DNA of 64,000 nucleotides, from positions 73,991 through 137,990 of the forward strand of contig CAZSKK010000002.1 in NCBI GenBank assembly GCA_964607415.1. Reading direction: 5' to 3'. Shown in pieces: positions 29,043 to 43,486 of the stretch. The notes beneath the pieces are model-generated. The model searched no databases, was not told the DNA's origin, and worked only from the letters and a program-made list of their open reading frames with translations. Origin of the DNA: an uncultured Candidatus Saccharibacteria bacterium. GTDB lineage: Bacteria > Patescibacteriota > Dojkabacteria > J137. Positions within the stretch are counted from its first letter, which is position 1. Each line of letters starts with the position of its first letter. A program made the translations under genes and the position numbers.

Positions 29043-29158
29043 AACCGGCGACTACCTATTTTCCCAGGACCCTTCGGACCAAGTATCTTCGGCTCAACTC
29101 TGTTTCACTTCTGAGTTCGAGATGGATCAGGTGGTTCCAGAGCGATACCGTCACCGGA
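29043..29158 (-). rRNA. rrf: 5S ribosomal RNA
   Basis: Minus strand TCCGGTGACGGTATCGCTCTGGAACCACCTGATCCATCTCGAACTCAGAAGTGAAACAGAGTTGAGCCGAAGATACTTGGTCCGAAGGGTCCTGGGAAAATAGGTAGTCGCCGG. Conserved helix I pairing and the CCGAACTCAGAAGTGAAAC core. Confidence 0.85.
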
Positions 29159-29354
29159 CAAATGCGTTTTACGTTTTGCATAAAGCGTTGTATGTATTAG
29201 CGCATTTGTCTGATGACAAGTACAATAAATTTTAAAAGATCACATCACGTTTAACATCATACTTCTAACGTTAAACGCTTATGAACTCTAAAAACTGAAT
29301 AGAAAAAAGTACTCCGAGCATTTGATATAAATACCAAGAAATGATTAAAAAATT

Positions 29355-32395
<3,041 letters not shown>

Positions 32396-32576
32396 ATTTT
32401 TTAATCAATTATATACCCGGTGTACTTTTTCTATTCAGTTGTTAAAGATCAAATACCACTTCCGTGGACGAAATCCGAAAATCGAATTCCGAAATTTATA
32501 TTACTTTATTTTAATACAAGATTTCGAATTTCGAATTTATATTTAGAATTTGCAATTTTGTTTATAAAATTGTTTT

Positions 32577-32649
32577 TGGAGCCTAAGGGATTCGAACCCT
32601 TGACCTCCTCATTGCAAATGAGGCGCTCTACCAACTAAGCTAAGGCCCC
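32577..32649 (-). tRNA. tRNA-Ala (anticodon TGC) in the 16S-23S spacer
   Basis: Minus strand GGGGCCTTAGCTTAGTTGGTAGAGCGCCTCA-TTTGCAA-TGAGGAGGTCAAGGGTTCGAATCCCTTAGGCTCCA, with the G3:U70 identity pair. Confidence 0.85.
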
Positions 32650-32673
32650 AAGCACTCCGTGCTAAGAATAACT

Positions 32674-32750
32674 TGGTAGGCGATCCAAGACTCGAACTTG
32701 GGACCTTTCCCTTATCAGAGGAACGCTCTAACCACCTGAGCTAATCGCCT
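32674..32750 (-). tRNA. tRNA-Ile (anticodon GAT) in the 16S-23S spacer, CCA encoded
   Basis: Minus strand AGGCGATTAGCTCAGGTGGTTAGAGCGTTCCT-CTGATAA-GGGAAAGGTCCCAAGTTCGAGTCTTGGATCGCCTACCA. Confidence 0.85.
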
Positions 32751-32928
32751 GTGATAGCGGTATAGCTCATAGTGCTTAGCTTTTAGCTAGAAACTACTTG
32801 CTATATGCTAGCAGCTAATTAAATCCTTAAAAGTGATAAGAATTCACCGTCTTTTGTTTCAACTTGAATCATGGGTTGGAAATCTGTATCCAAAACGTTA
32901 TTCGTTTTATTTGGAATAAAGCTCCTTA

Positions 32929-34446
<1,518 letters not shown>

Positions 34447-34863
34447 AAACTAAAAAAGTCCGAAGACTAGATTAGCTTGAAAAAATTTGATTATGTTCTT
34501 TTGAAAAAAGAACTAAAACTTTTTTGAGAATATTTAGATCCAAGCGAATTTACAAAAGAATTGTCGGTGATTCTTATCACTGTTAAAGTTTCAATGTGCT
34601 TCCCCTGCTGGTTTTTGACCAAGCAAACAGAACAAAAGATGCTTAAAAATTTAAGCACCTAATAATTCGGAAAATATTTTAGAGGAACCATAATCACTGC
34701 TTCCTGTGGTTAGGATTAGCAATGGACTGGTAAGAATTTTATCAAAGAAAAAAACAATTAGCAAGCAGGAAAAACCAGAATTTTTCAAATAACAATTTAA
34801 AGAATTTTCAAAAGGCTTTGCAGTTACAAATTGAAAATTTTTATAACTGTAAATTGTTAATTT

Positions 34864-35286
34864 TTAGCGTAAGTATTCATAGAAGCTATCCTTCGTTTTT
34901 CCAGTCTGTTTTACAATTCCTAACTTTTCAAGTTTATCAAAATCTCGTCGTAACGTTCTTTCATTTATATTCTTAAACTGATTTCTTATTTCTGAAGACT
35001 TAACTTTCTTTTGATTTTTAACTTCTTGAAGGATTTTTTGCTGCCTCTCGTTAAGATTTGAATGTTTTAGGGAAGGTTTTTCAAGTTTTGAAGCGATAGC
35101 TTTAACTTTAACAGGAACTTTCTTCGCAGGTTTTTGCCCTAAGATATGATCTTTTTCATCTTCAAGGATATTTCCAAAACTTTCTTTTCCAACAAAGTAT
35201 AGCCAAGCAAGGCCAATAATTCCAATCACACTAAAAAGTGCTACTAAAACTACTACGATTGTAAGAAATATTTTTAATAATCTCAT
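34864..35286 (-). CDS. Small membrane-anchored protein with a C-terminal winged-helix (DeoR-like HTH) domain
   Basis: 140 aa. N-terminal TM (LKIFLTIVVVLVALFSVIGIIGLAWLYF) and a C-terminal ...ERQQKILQEVKNQKKVKSSEIRNQFKNINERTLRRDFDKLEKLGIVKQ... HTH. Confidence 0.4.
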   Translation of the reverse strand: MRLLKIFLTIVVVLVALFSVIGIIGLAWLYFVGKESFGNILEDEKDHILGQKPAKKVPVKVKAIASKLEKPSLKHSNLNERQQKILQEVKNQKKVKSSEIRNQFKNINERTLRRDFDKLEKLGIVKQTGKTKDSFYEYLR

Positions 35287-35297
35287 GGCATTTTTTA

Positions 35298-35392
35298 TTT
35301 CCTCTCCTTTTAGGAGAGGTCGATCCTGAAAGGATCGGGTGAGGTTATCAACCCCTCACCTTAGTCCTCTCCCAGTGGGAGAGGAAATTAGT
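35298..35392. repeat. Multi-hairpin repeat element (cctctcc-N6-ggagagg / tcgatcc-N5-ggatcgg / ggtgagg-N9-cctcacc / cctctcc-N6-gagagg) downstream of polA
   Basis: Four consecutive perfect short hairpins. The same element family recurs at 61874-62254. Confidence 0.55.
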
Positions 35393-38007
35393 TAAGTAAG
35401 TTTCTCCATCTTTCCCCAACTTTTTCCAACCGACGCATCAACTTTGTATACAACTTCTAATGTTAAAGAATTAGTCATCGCAACTTTAATTTCCTCTATA
35501 AATTTATTAAATTGTATATCTTTTTTATAGTCAATTCCACCCAATTCGTATTCAAACAAGAATTCATCGTGGATCTGAGCTATCATATTAGCTTTATACT
35601 TTTTAAGAGTCTTTTTTATCTTAGTCATTGCAACCTTCATGATATCTGCAGCCGTTCCCTGGATTACAAAGTTAATAAGTTCACGTTCTGCAGCCATTTT
35701 TAGATTTCTATTATTGGCATTGATCATTTCATTAATTCTTCTTCTACCATAAAAAGTTTCTGAATATCCACGCTCTTTTATTTCCTCAACTATATTATCA
35801 AAATATTTTTTAACATTTGGATAAGTTTCAAAATACCTTTTTATAAACTCTGATGCAGTTGCTCTATCAATATCCATCCTATCACTCAGCCCAAAGGAAG
35901 AAATCCCATAAACCAAGCTGAAATTTAAAGTTTTTCCTACATTTCTTTGCATGTCGGTAACTTCATCTAAAGGAACATTGAACATTTCGCTTGCAGTAAC
36001 TTTATGAATATCAACTCCAGAGTTAAAACTGTCAATCATATTTTGTTCTTTTGAAAGACTAGCTAAAATTCTTAACTCTTGCTGAGAAAAGTCAAAAGAA
36101 ACTAAAATATTTCCTTCGCTTGCCACAAATCCTTCTCGCATATTTACACCTTGGGTTTCGCCTTTTGGAATATTTTGAATATTTGGATTTTTAGAAGAAA
36201 ATCTTCCAGATACTGCACCCATTTGGTCAAAAAAGCCATGAACTCTCCCTGTAACAGAATTAATGTAAGTCGGTAACGTCTCTGCATAGGTTGATAAAAG
36301 CTTGTCAACTTCTCTAAAATTTAAAATTTCTGCAACAATTGGATCTGCTGCTTTTAATTTTCTTAAAATTCGTTCGTTTGTACTAAATTTCCCAGTTTTT
36401 GTTTTCACAGCTCCTGGAAGCTGTTTTTCATTAAATAAAACCTCTGATACTTGCTGTGGAGAATTAATATTAAATTCATGTCCCGCATATTTAAAGATAT
36501 TTTGCCTAATAAGATCAAGTTTATTTCTTAAGGTTTCTTCTATTTCATTAAACTTTTTAATATCAATCTTAATCCCTTTTCTTTCCATATCAATTACGAG
36601 CGGCAGAACCTCTTCTTCAAGTTTTACAACTTTTAGAAGCTCTGGATCTGAACCTGAAAGACCAGTGTAAATTTGCTTACAACTTATAATGTTTTTGTAA
36701 AATTCGTCTTCAAAATCCTTACCCCAAAAATTCATTGCGTTTTTTAAGTTTGCAACAGTTTTGCCACAAGATAAAATCACAGAATAAAATCCAAGATCGC
36801 AAAAGTTATTGGATAAAATATCAATCCCAATATTTAAGAAAGCATGTACCAAAAATTTATAATTGAAAGTGACAATTTTTTTGTCTTTAATTATTTCTAC
36901 AAACGAATGAATATTTTCTTCATCAACCCAATAGCAATTATCATTATTATAAAAGAAGATTTCCTTTATCCTTAAATCTACTGGACTGACAGTATCAGAG
37001 TGATATGTTGAAAGTAAAATTGCCTCATTTGAACTAATAGTGCTACCATCCCACTTTAGCAATTTCAAGTTTTCTACTTCTCCATTTTTTTCAACTTGTA
37101 AGAAATTTAGATCATTGATTTGATAAGCTTCAGCCAATTTTTTTAGCTTTGGAATAATCGATCTAAATCCTAATTCTTCGAAAAGTGCAGATGAGGCCTC
37201 TAAGTTCAACTTTTCCTGAAAATGTGATTCAGTAAAGTCAAATGAGATTGGAACGTCCTTGTCAATTGTTGCCAAAGACTTCGAAAGCAGGGCAATGTCA
37301 TGACTATCAATTAATTTTTGAGCATAACGTTTTTCAACTCTATCAATATTTTGATAAATTAAATCTAGTGTTCCAAAATCTTTAATTAAACTTGCAGCGC
37401 CAATTTTTCCAATACCTTTAACACCTGGGATGTTGTCTGACTGATCCCCAGCAATTGCCTTGTAATCCGGAACTTGAGTAGGAGTAATACCAAGTTTTTC
37501 GAAAACGCCATCTGAGTTGTAAAGTTTAGACTCAGAAAATTTTCTACCAGCCAGGTACACATTTGTATTTTCATCTACCAATTGAAAGATATCCTGATCA
37601 CCAGTTACAATAATTACTTTGTCTACTTCCTTTGCATGTTTATTATCAATAGTTCCAATAATATCGTCAGCTTCAATTCCCCTTAGTTTTAAAGTTGGAA
37701 TTCCTAACGATGCAAGAACTTCCTGTACTCTAGGGATCTGTGCAATAAAAGCATCATCAGTTTTTTCCCTATTAGCTTTATACTGTGTAAAGTTTGACTG
37801 CCTTATCGTTGGTCCTTCCGAATCCATTACTGCAATTACGTTTGTTGGTTGAAATTTATTAATTACATCAACTAAAAGCGATGTAAATCCATACACTGCG
37901 TTTATCTGCTCACCATTTTTTGTTGTTAAAGTTGGTGGCATTGCATAGTAGGCTCTGTAAATTAATGCGTGCGAATCAATTATTAGAAGAATTTTTTCTT
38001 TAGACAT
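35392..38007 (-). CDS. polA: DNA polymerase I
   Basis: 871 aa. N-terminal 5'-3' exonuclease/FEN domain (...GDQSDNIPGVKGIGKI...) and C-terminal family A polymerase motifs (...RRINEMINA...KMAAERE..., ...QIHDEFLFE...). Confidence 0.9.
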   Translation of the reverse strand: MSKEKILLIIDSHALIYRAYYAMPPTLTTKNGEQINAVYGFTSLLVDVINKFQPTNVIAVMDSEGPTIRQSNFTQYKANREKTDDAFIAQIPRVQEVLASLGIPTLKLRGIEADDIIGTIDNKHAKEVDKVIIVTGDQDIFQLVDENTNVYLAGRKFSESKLYNSDGVFEKLGITPTQVPDYKAIAGDQSDNIPGVKGIGKIGAASLIKDFGTLDLIYQNIDRVEKRYAQKLIDSHDIALLSKSLATIDKDVPISFDFTESHFQEKLNLEASSALFEELGFRSIIPKLKKLAEAYQINDLNFLQVEKNGEVENLKLLKWDGSTISSNEAILLSTYHSDTVSPVDLRIKEIFFYNNDNCYWVDEENIHSFVEIIKDKKIVTFNYKFLVHAFLNIGIDILSNNFCDLGFYSVILSCGKTVANLKNAMNFWGKDFEDEFYKNIISCKQIYTGLSGSDPELLKVVKLEEEVLPLVIDMERKGIKIDIKKFNEIEETLRNKLDLIRQNIFKYAGHEFNINSPQQVSEVLFNEKQLPGAVKTKTGKFSTNERILRKLKAADPIVAEILNFREVDKLLSTYAETLPTYINSVTGRVHGFFDQMGAVSGRFSSKNPNIQNIPKGETQGVNMREGFVASEGNILVSFDFSQQELRILASLSKEQNMIDSFNSGVDIHKVTASEMFNVPLDEVTDMQRNVGKTLNFSLVYGISSFGLSDRMDIDRATASEFIKRYFETYPNVKKYFDNIVEEIKERGYSETFYGRRRINEMINANNRNLKMAAERELINFVIQGTAADIMKVAMTKIKKTLKKYKANMIAQIHDEFLFEYELGGIDYKKDIQFNKFIEEIKVAMTNSLTLEVVYKVDASVGKSWGKMEKLT

Positions 38008-38058
38008 GATTTGATTTTAGCATGACGTTAAAATCAAAGGTACATAGAAGCAAAATAG

Positions 38059-38832
38059 CTACAACCAACATTCCTGCACATACTCTCTTATTTTTGCCAT
38101 TAACCGAGACTTTTTCTGATCGATGTTATCAACAGAAATATCTACATTAAATTCTTGTTTTATTAAAAACTGGATATCTTTAGAACTGCAATTTTGAAAG
38201 ACACGGAATTTCAGTATAAAAACATCGATAAAATCTATTCCGTATTCATTCTCAAGTGCTTTAATCATAAGTTCCATGTCAATTTTAAAATCTACATCAC
38301 CATATACTGATTGCGCGTTGGGATTAATCCATTCATCAACCGGGCCGGAGTTTTCTTCATTGCTAACATCTGAAAACACAACTTCTTGGTTATTAAATGT
38401 TCTTAATTTATCGCGAATTTTATTAACAAAGCATGTACCTAAATATGCGATTGGGGGAGCTTTTTCACAGTTAATTATTCCTGATTTATATTTTTGAAGT
38501 CCTTGCCTTATTCCTAACCTAGCCTCTTGCATAAGATCATCAGGATCTTCATACCAATCTATTTTAGACTGCGTAGAAAAAATATAACCTCTAACAGAAG
38601 GCGTAAAGATCTCGTAAATTTCTTCTTCTAAATCTTTTAGCTCCTCAAGATTATTTGTATAAACATATGCCCCGACTAAAGACTCGATAGTTTTTTCAAG
38701 AATTTCTTGTTCCATAATAAAACTAAGGGCTAATAAAATACGGGATTTTATCATCTCTTTCAGATTATTTACAAGAAAGAAATTGGAAGTTGTGATTTGG
38801 AATTTATATCTTGCGTCTGGTAAATTCTCCAA
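38059..38832 (-). CDS. Sigma-70-family-like protein (region 2 and region 4-like segments); the true start is probably an internal Met
   Basis: ...DLMQEARLGIRQGLQKYKSG...PIAYLGTCFVNKIRDKL... resembles sigma region 2.1-2.3. The C-terminal ...KKSRLMAKIREYV... is region 4-like. The 5' 29 nt overlap the upstream gene. Confidence 0.45.
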   Translation of the reverse strand: MENLPDARYKFQITTSNFFLVNNLKEMIKSRILLALSFIMEQEILEKTIESLVGAYVYTNNLEELKDLEEEIYEIFTPSVRGYIFSTQSKIDWYEDPDDLMQEARLGIRQGLQKYKSGIINCEKAPPIAYLGTCFVNKIRDKLRTFNNQEVVFSDVSNEENSGPVDEWINPNAQSVYGDVDFKIDMELMIKALENEYGIDFIDVFILKFRVFQNCSSKDIQFLIKQEFNVDISVDNIDQKKSRLMAKIREYVQECWL

Positions 38833-39703
38833 TCATATGTACGCCTTGTTTTACTCTCGCATTAATTCTTAAACCAAGATTGTGTTGTTTTTGAAGACTA
38901 AAGCCGTGTTTTGAAAGTATGTTAACCCAATCTTCCCAAGTTCTATATTGCATGCTCCACTGCATATGAGGATTATTTACGTTAATTATCCAATCGTTGA
39001 TTATTATAAACTCCCACTTTTCTAGATCGGATAAATTATTAAATTCCTGCGTCAAATCAAAATCAGTTTGAATATTAAGTCTTTGATTTGACGCAACAAG
39101 TTCTTTTATATCAGTAAGATTTTCAAAAGTTTCTTCCCATAAAACCAATTTTCCTCCAGTCTTTAGAGCTTTAAAAGCATTTGTTAGTATGCTCGTAATA
39201 ACTTCTAAAGATTCAACGTGATGAAGTACAAATTGGATATTAATCAAATCAACAGATTCTGGCTTTATGGTCCAATTCTCATTTGAAGTTACCTGCAAAT
39301 ATTGACTCTTAGATGGCTCTAAGAAAGGTCTTGATTGTGGAATTACATCAATTGCGATTAGCTTTTCAACATTAGTATAGCGAGTTGCAACTTTATTTAG
39401 TGCATCTAGTTTATTTGCGCCGTAATCTAAAAATGTTTTAACATCTGCAAAATCTATCAGTTCTATTGGATCCAATTCTTTAGTTTGCGAAGTTTTTAAG
39501 TCTCTTGCGTTATTAAATAACTTATTAATTTCTTCTCGAAGTGCTTCAGAAGTTGAATTATCCCTACCATCATAAAAAGTTTTGATAATATTTTGGCCGT
39601 AAGAATAACCAATTCCAGCTTTCTGAAAATTTTTAGAATAGAAATTTAATAATAGATTTTTAACATTTGGAGAATTGTAAGTAGAAAGGTCTGGGTGGTT
39701 CAT
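38804..39703 (-). CDS. Hypothetical protein, possibly a SAM-dependent methyltransferase
   Basis: 299 aa. A ...FLDYGANKLDALNKVA... glycine-rich, motif-I-like stretch and ...GGKLVLWEE... support this only weakly. Confidence 0.35.
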   Translation of the reverse strand: MNHPDLSTYNSPNVKNLLLNFYSKNFQKAGIGYSYGQNIIKTFYDGRDNSTSEALREEINKLFNNARDLKTSQTKELDPIELIDFADVKTFLDYGANKLDALNKVATRYTNVEKLIAIDVIPQSRPFLEPSKSQYLQVTSNENWTIKPESVDLINIQFVLHHVESLEVITSILTNAFKALKTGGKLVLWEETFENLTDIKELVASNQRLNIQTDFDLTQEFNNLSDLEKWEFIIINDWIINVNNPHMQWSMQYRTWEDWVNILSKHGFSLQKQHNLGLRINARVKQGVHMIGEFTRRKI

Positions 39704-39752
39704 ACATTAAAAATGCGTAGATCTGAGGCATGCCTGAAATCTACGCATTTTA

Positions 39753-42179
39753 TTAATCGAATAATTTATCAAATTCTTCTTTATCAATAACCTCTTTTTC
39801 TAGAAGCAATAGAGCAAGTTTATCTAATTTAGCTCTATGTTCAACAATAATCTTCTTTGCTTCGTCATAGGCTTTTGTGACTGCCACTCTTACTTCATCA
39901 TCTATTATCTCAGCTGTTTTTTCTGAATAATCTTTACTATCTGCATAATCATACCCAAGAAAATCTGAATCTGCGTGATCACCGTACTCAACTAAGCCTA
40001 GTTTATCATTCATACCAAATTGCTGGATCATTTTTCTTACTGTTCTAGTTGCTTGTTTTATGTCATTTGAAGCTCCCGTTGAGATATCTCCTAGAACAAC
40101 TTCTTCGGCAGCGCGACCTCCAAGACTAACTGTAACATCAGCCATAAGTTTTGACTTAGAAATGATATTTTCATCTTTTTCTGGTAAGAACATTGTAACT
40201 CCGCCTGTTCCACCTCGGGACACAATTGAAATTTTATCTACAGGCGTAGCTTTTGGCGTAAATTTAGCAACTATAGCATGTCCAGCTTCGTGATACGCAA
40301 CAAGTTTAAGTTCATCGTCAGTTCTTTTTCTGGATCTTTTAGCGGGACCTAAAACAACTTTGGAAACAGCTTCTTCAATATCATGCATTCCTATTGTTTT
40401 TTTGCCAGCTCCTGCGGCAATAATAGCTGCTTCATTCATAATATTTTCAAGATCTGCTCCTGTAAATCCTACTGTTCTTTTTGCAATTCTTTCTAAATCA
40501 ACAGTCGAATCTAATTTTTTATTAGATCCGTGAATAGCTAGTATTTGTTTTCTACCTTCCACATCCGGAACCTCTATTCTTACTTGCCTATCAAACCTAC
40601 CTGGCCTTAGAATAGCTGGGTCAAGCACATCAGGTCTATTAGTTGCTGCAATTACTATTACGTTTGTATTAGTTTCAAAGCCATCCATTTCAACCAGAAT
40701 CTGGTTTAGTGTTTGTTCGGTACTTCCAGATTGAATTCTTGTTCCTCTTTTTCTTGCAACTGCATCAATTTCATCAATAAAAATCAATGAAGGCGCTGCC
40801 TTTTTAGCTTTTGCAAAAAGGTCTCTAACTCTAGATGCTCCTGCCCCAACCAACATCTCTTCAAATTCAGACCCAGAAGTATGAAAAAATGGAACTGCCG
40901 CTTCACCTGCAATTGCTCTTGCTAGTAAAGTTTTTCCTGTGCCTGGAGGACCAAACATTAAAATACCTTTTGGAATTCTAGCTCCTATACTTGTATATTT
41001 CCCTGGATTTCTTAAGAAGTCTACAATTTCATTAAGCTCATCTCTTGCCTCATCAATTCCTGCAACATCCTTAAAGCTTGTATTTGTTTTTGAGCCAAAA
41101 TACATTTTTGCTTTTGACTGTCCAAATTGCATCAATCCCATCCCTGAAGATTGAGCACCTCTAAAAATTATAATTCCTAAAACTACAAACCCAATTAAAG
41201 TTAAGATAGTCAAAATGTCATCAAGACTGATTCCTGCCGGAACATTTACAGATATTATCTGGAAATCTTCTGAGCTCAGGGAAATGCCCTCGTTTTGCAG
41301 GATTTCTGTAAAGCTGTTTATATTTGGAGTCCAATCTATGTAGACTTTTTCAACATAATCATTGTTTATTTCCCCGACTACAATATTATCTAATTGATAA
41401 ATCCTCGAGAACTGTTGTGACTCTAGTCTTGATGAGAACGAATCTTCTTCTACTTTTTTACCAAACACACTCAATTTTCTTACCTCTATTTGTAAATCAC
41501 TTAAGTTGATATTGCTTTCTTCAAGCTTTTCTGTAAAAGCTTGCTCATTGACATTTTCAAGGAGAATATCTTTTGCCGTTCCACCTGTAATACCAAGAAT
41601 AAAATTATCACCCACTATTATCTTTTCAACATTCTGATTACCTGAATTTAAAAAGGTTCTTAGTTCATTTACTAAGCCCTCAGGTTTTAGATAATTGACA
41701 AATTCAGTAAACTCAACCTTTCTTATACTTGTATCAAATCTTAGCACCTTAGTGTCGTTAGTTGATTTAACGTTATCTCCAATACTTCCTTCATAAAAAA
41801 CGTAATATTTGCCATTAGCTACAATCTTTCCATCATCTTGCACTAAAAGTTGAGAAAATTCGTTTGAATTTAGCCCTTTTATCAAATTGTCTAAAGTTGT
41901 TTTATCTAGAAAGAACTGCCTATTAAGAAGACTAAAAATTACAAAAATTCCAAGAAGAACGGTCACAATAATAATAAAAGGGTTTACCTTAATCGATAAA
42001 GTTCTTTTATTATTCTTTGTTTTTTTGCTTGGAGTATTAATTTGAGAAAGTTTTTGTGTAAGCTCTTGAGAGAACTTCTCAATTTCTTCTTGTGTTAGAT
42101 CTTTTTCTGAATTTTTGGTTTGTTTTTCTTTTTTTGCCATATCAATAGTAATTATACCAGCTTGAAGGTGAGAAGGCAT
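39753..42179 (-). CDS. ftsH: ATP-dependent zinc metalloprotease FtsH with an unusually long (about 240 aa) extracytoplasmic domain between TM1 and TM2
   Basis: 808 aa. AAA+ Walker [22 protein letters not shown], the HEAGHAIV zinc motif, and two TM helices separated by a large domain. Confidence 0.9.
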   Translation of the reverse strand: MPSHLQAGIITIDMAKKEKQTKNSEKDLTQEEIEKFSQELTQKLSQINTPSKKTKNNKRTLSIKVNPFIIIVTVLLGIFVIFSLLNRQFFLDKTTLDNLIKGLNSNEFSQLLVQDDGKIVANGKYYVFYEGSIGDNVKSTNDTKVLRFDTSIRKVEFTEFVNYLKPEGLVNELRTFLNSGNQNVEKIIVGDNFILGITGGTAKDILLENVNEQAFTEKLEESNINLSDLQIEVRKLSVFGKKVEEDSFSSRLESQQFSRIYQLDNIVVGEINNDYVEKVYIDWTPNINSFTEILQNEGISLSSEDFQIISVNVPAGISLDDILTILTLIGFVVLGIIIFRGAQSSGMGLMQFGQSKAKMYFGSKTNTSFKDVAGIDEARDELNEIVDFLRNPGKYTSIGARIPKGILMFGPPGTGKTLLARAIAGEAAVPFFHTSGSEFEEMLVGAGASRVRDLFAKAKKAAPSLIFIDEIDAVARKRGTRIQSGSTEQTLNQILVEMDGFETNTNVIVIAATNRPDVLDPAILRPGRFDRQVRIEVPDVEGRKQILAIHGSNKKLDSTVDLERIAKRTVGFTGADLENIMNEAAIIAAGAGKKTIGMHDIEEAVSKVVLGPAKRSRKRTDDELKLVAYHEAGHAIVAKFTPKATPVDKISIVSRGGTGGVTMFLPEKDENIISKSKLMADVTVSLGGRAAEEVVLGDISTGASNDIKQATRTVRKMIQQFGMNDKLGLVEYGDHADSDFLGYDYADSKDYSEKTAEIIDDEVRVAVTKAYDEAKKIIVEHRAKLDKLALLLLEKEVIDKEEFDKLFD

Positions 42180-42404
42180 ATTATCTCTTCAAGAATTATT
42201 AAGTTTAAATAAGCTACCAGTTTCCTTATTGTCTTTTAGTATTATTCTCCTTTCTAAATTCTGACCATTCTTCTTAGTTTTAATTCGTAAGAATGTAGAA
42301 TAAAGGTTAGGATATGAATGAAATAGTTTAAGTGAAAGTTAAATTTTTATTCTCAACAGCATATTATGCTGTTTCGTGCTTTCACTTACACTATTGCTTT
42401 CTCA

Positions 42405-42478
42405 TAGTGAGAGCTAGGGATCGAACTCGCGACCTCAGGTTTACCTGCCTGACAAATTACAAACTCTAGTTTCAAATT
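42405..42478 (-). pseudogene. Degenerate partial copy (anticodon-stem 3' strand through T-arm) of the adjacent tRNA-Met
   Basis: ...cctgaggtcgcgagttcgatccctagctctc... versus the intact ...cctgaggtcgagggttcgatcccctcccttggt. The T-stem is no longer complementary. Confidence 0.5.
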
Positions 42479-42552
42479 TACCAAGGGAGGGGATCGAACC
42501 CTCGACCTCAGGTTTATGAATCCTGTGCTCTAGCCAACTGAGCTACCTTGGT
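42479..42552 (-). tRNA. tRNA with CAT anticodon (elongator Met, or Ile2 if lysidinylated)
   Basis: Minus strand ACCAAGGTAGCTCAGTTGGCTAGAGCA-CAGGA-TTCATAA-ACCTG-AGGTC-GAGGGTTCGATCCCCTC-CCTTGGTA. A1:U72 pair, so not an initiator. Confidence 0.7.
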
Positions 42553-42565
42553 TAAGTGGCTTTGT

Positions 42566-42600
42566 ACTTTGTGGGCAGATGAATCCTGTGCTCCTTGCCA
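42566..42600 (-). pseudogene. Partial copy of the tRNA-Met D/anticodon region
   Basis: ...gcagatgaatcctgtgctccttgcc... matches ...gaatcctgtgctctagcc... of the intact gene. Confidence 0.4.
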
Positions 42601-42863
42601 ATATGCCAAGCATTTTGGCAGTTCGGAACTCTTTCCCTAAAATACCAGATGATTGATATAAAGTGCTTTTGTATTTTAACACGAGACAACACCATGTGTT
42701 GCCGAGAATAAAACTTTTATTTATTTAGAAACGGTCCCACTAACATGCGGGACCGTAGAGACATTATACGGGTTACTGGAAAAATTGTCTACGAGTTATG
42801 CTGGGGAAAGAGTTGAAGTTCAAGTACCAAGCTATTGTTATTTACTTAAACTATTGCTTTATT

Positions 42864-42935
<72 letters not shown>

Positions 42936-42966
42936 ATATTTTGTGCAAACAATGATAACACTTATT

Positions 42967-43419
42967 TTAAAAATTAATCAAGTTTAACCACCAGTCCAAA
43001 AAATTATCTTTAGACTTTAAATCCAGATATTCCTTATTCTCTGAAATATAGTAAGTAATTGGTTCTTTTGTTCTAAAAAGTGTTTCGTTGGCTCCAGCAT
43101 ATCCAAAGCCATTTCTTAAAGCTAATTCCCTAAATTCATCTGAAGAATAGTATGAATAATCATCCAATAAATCCCTATTTTTTTCTTCCAGCTCAGATAA
43201 GCTTTCCTTTTCATAAAGATAGGTATCGTAGTTAAATTTACCTCTATTAAGAGTACTAATTATATTAAAAATTAATATAACCGACAGAAAGGATAGCAAA
43301 AAAGTTAAACTAACTCCCTCGAAAATAATGTGGCTGGTATAGTGTTTCAATCTTAAAATTAAAACATTTTTTTTAGAAAAGAATCTGTTTTTTAACATAA
43401 AAAATTTTATTTGACCCAA
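42967..43419 (-). CDS. Hypothetical small membrane protein
   Basis: 150 aa with one TM segment, no recognisable domain, and a basic N-terminus. Confidence 0.35.
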   Translation of the reverse strand: MGQIKFFMLKNRFFSKKNVLILRLKHYTSHIIFEGVSLTFLLSFLSVILIFNIISTLNRGKFNYDTYLYEKESLSELEEKNRDLLDDYSYYSSDEFRELALRNGFGYAGANETLFRTKEPITYYISENKEYLDLKSKDNFLDWWLNLINF

Positions 43420-43486
43420 AAACTAAAGCTATGATAACATTCGCAAGGTAAGCGTCCTATAATATTATACATTAGATCCTTTATAA

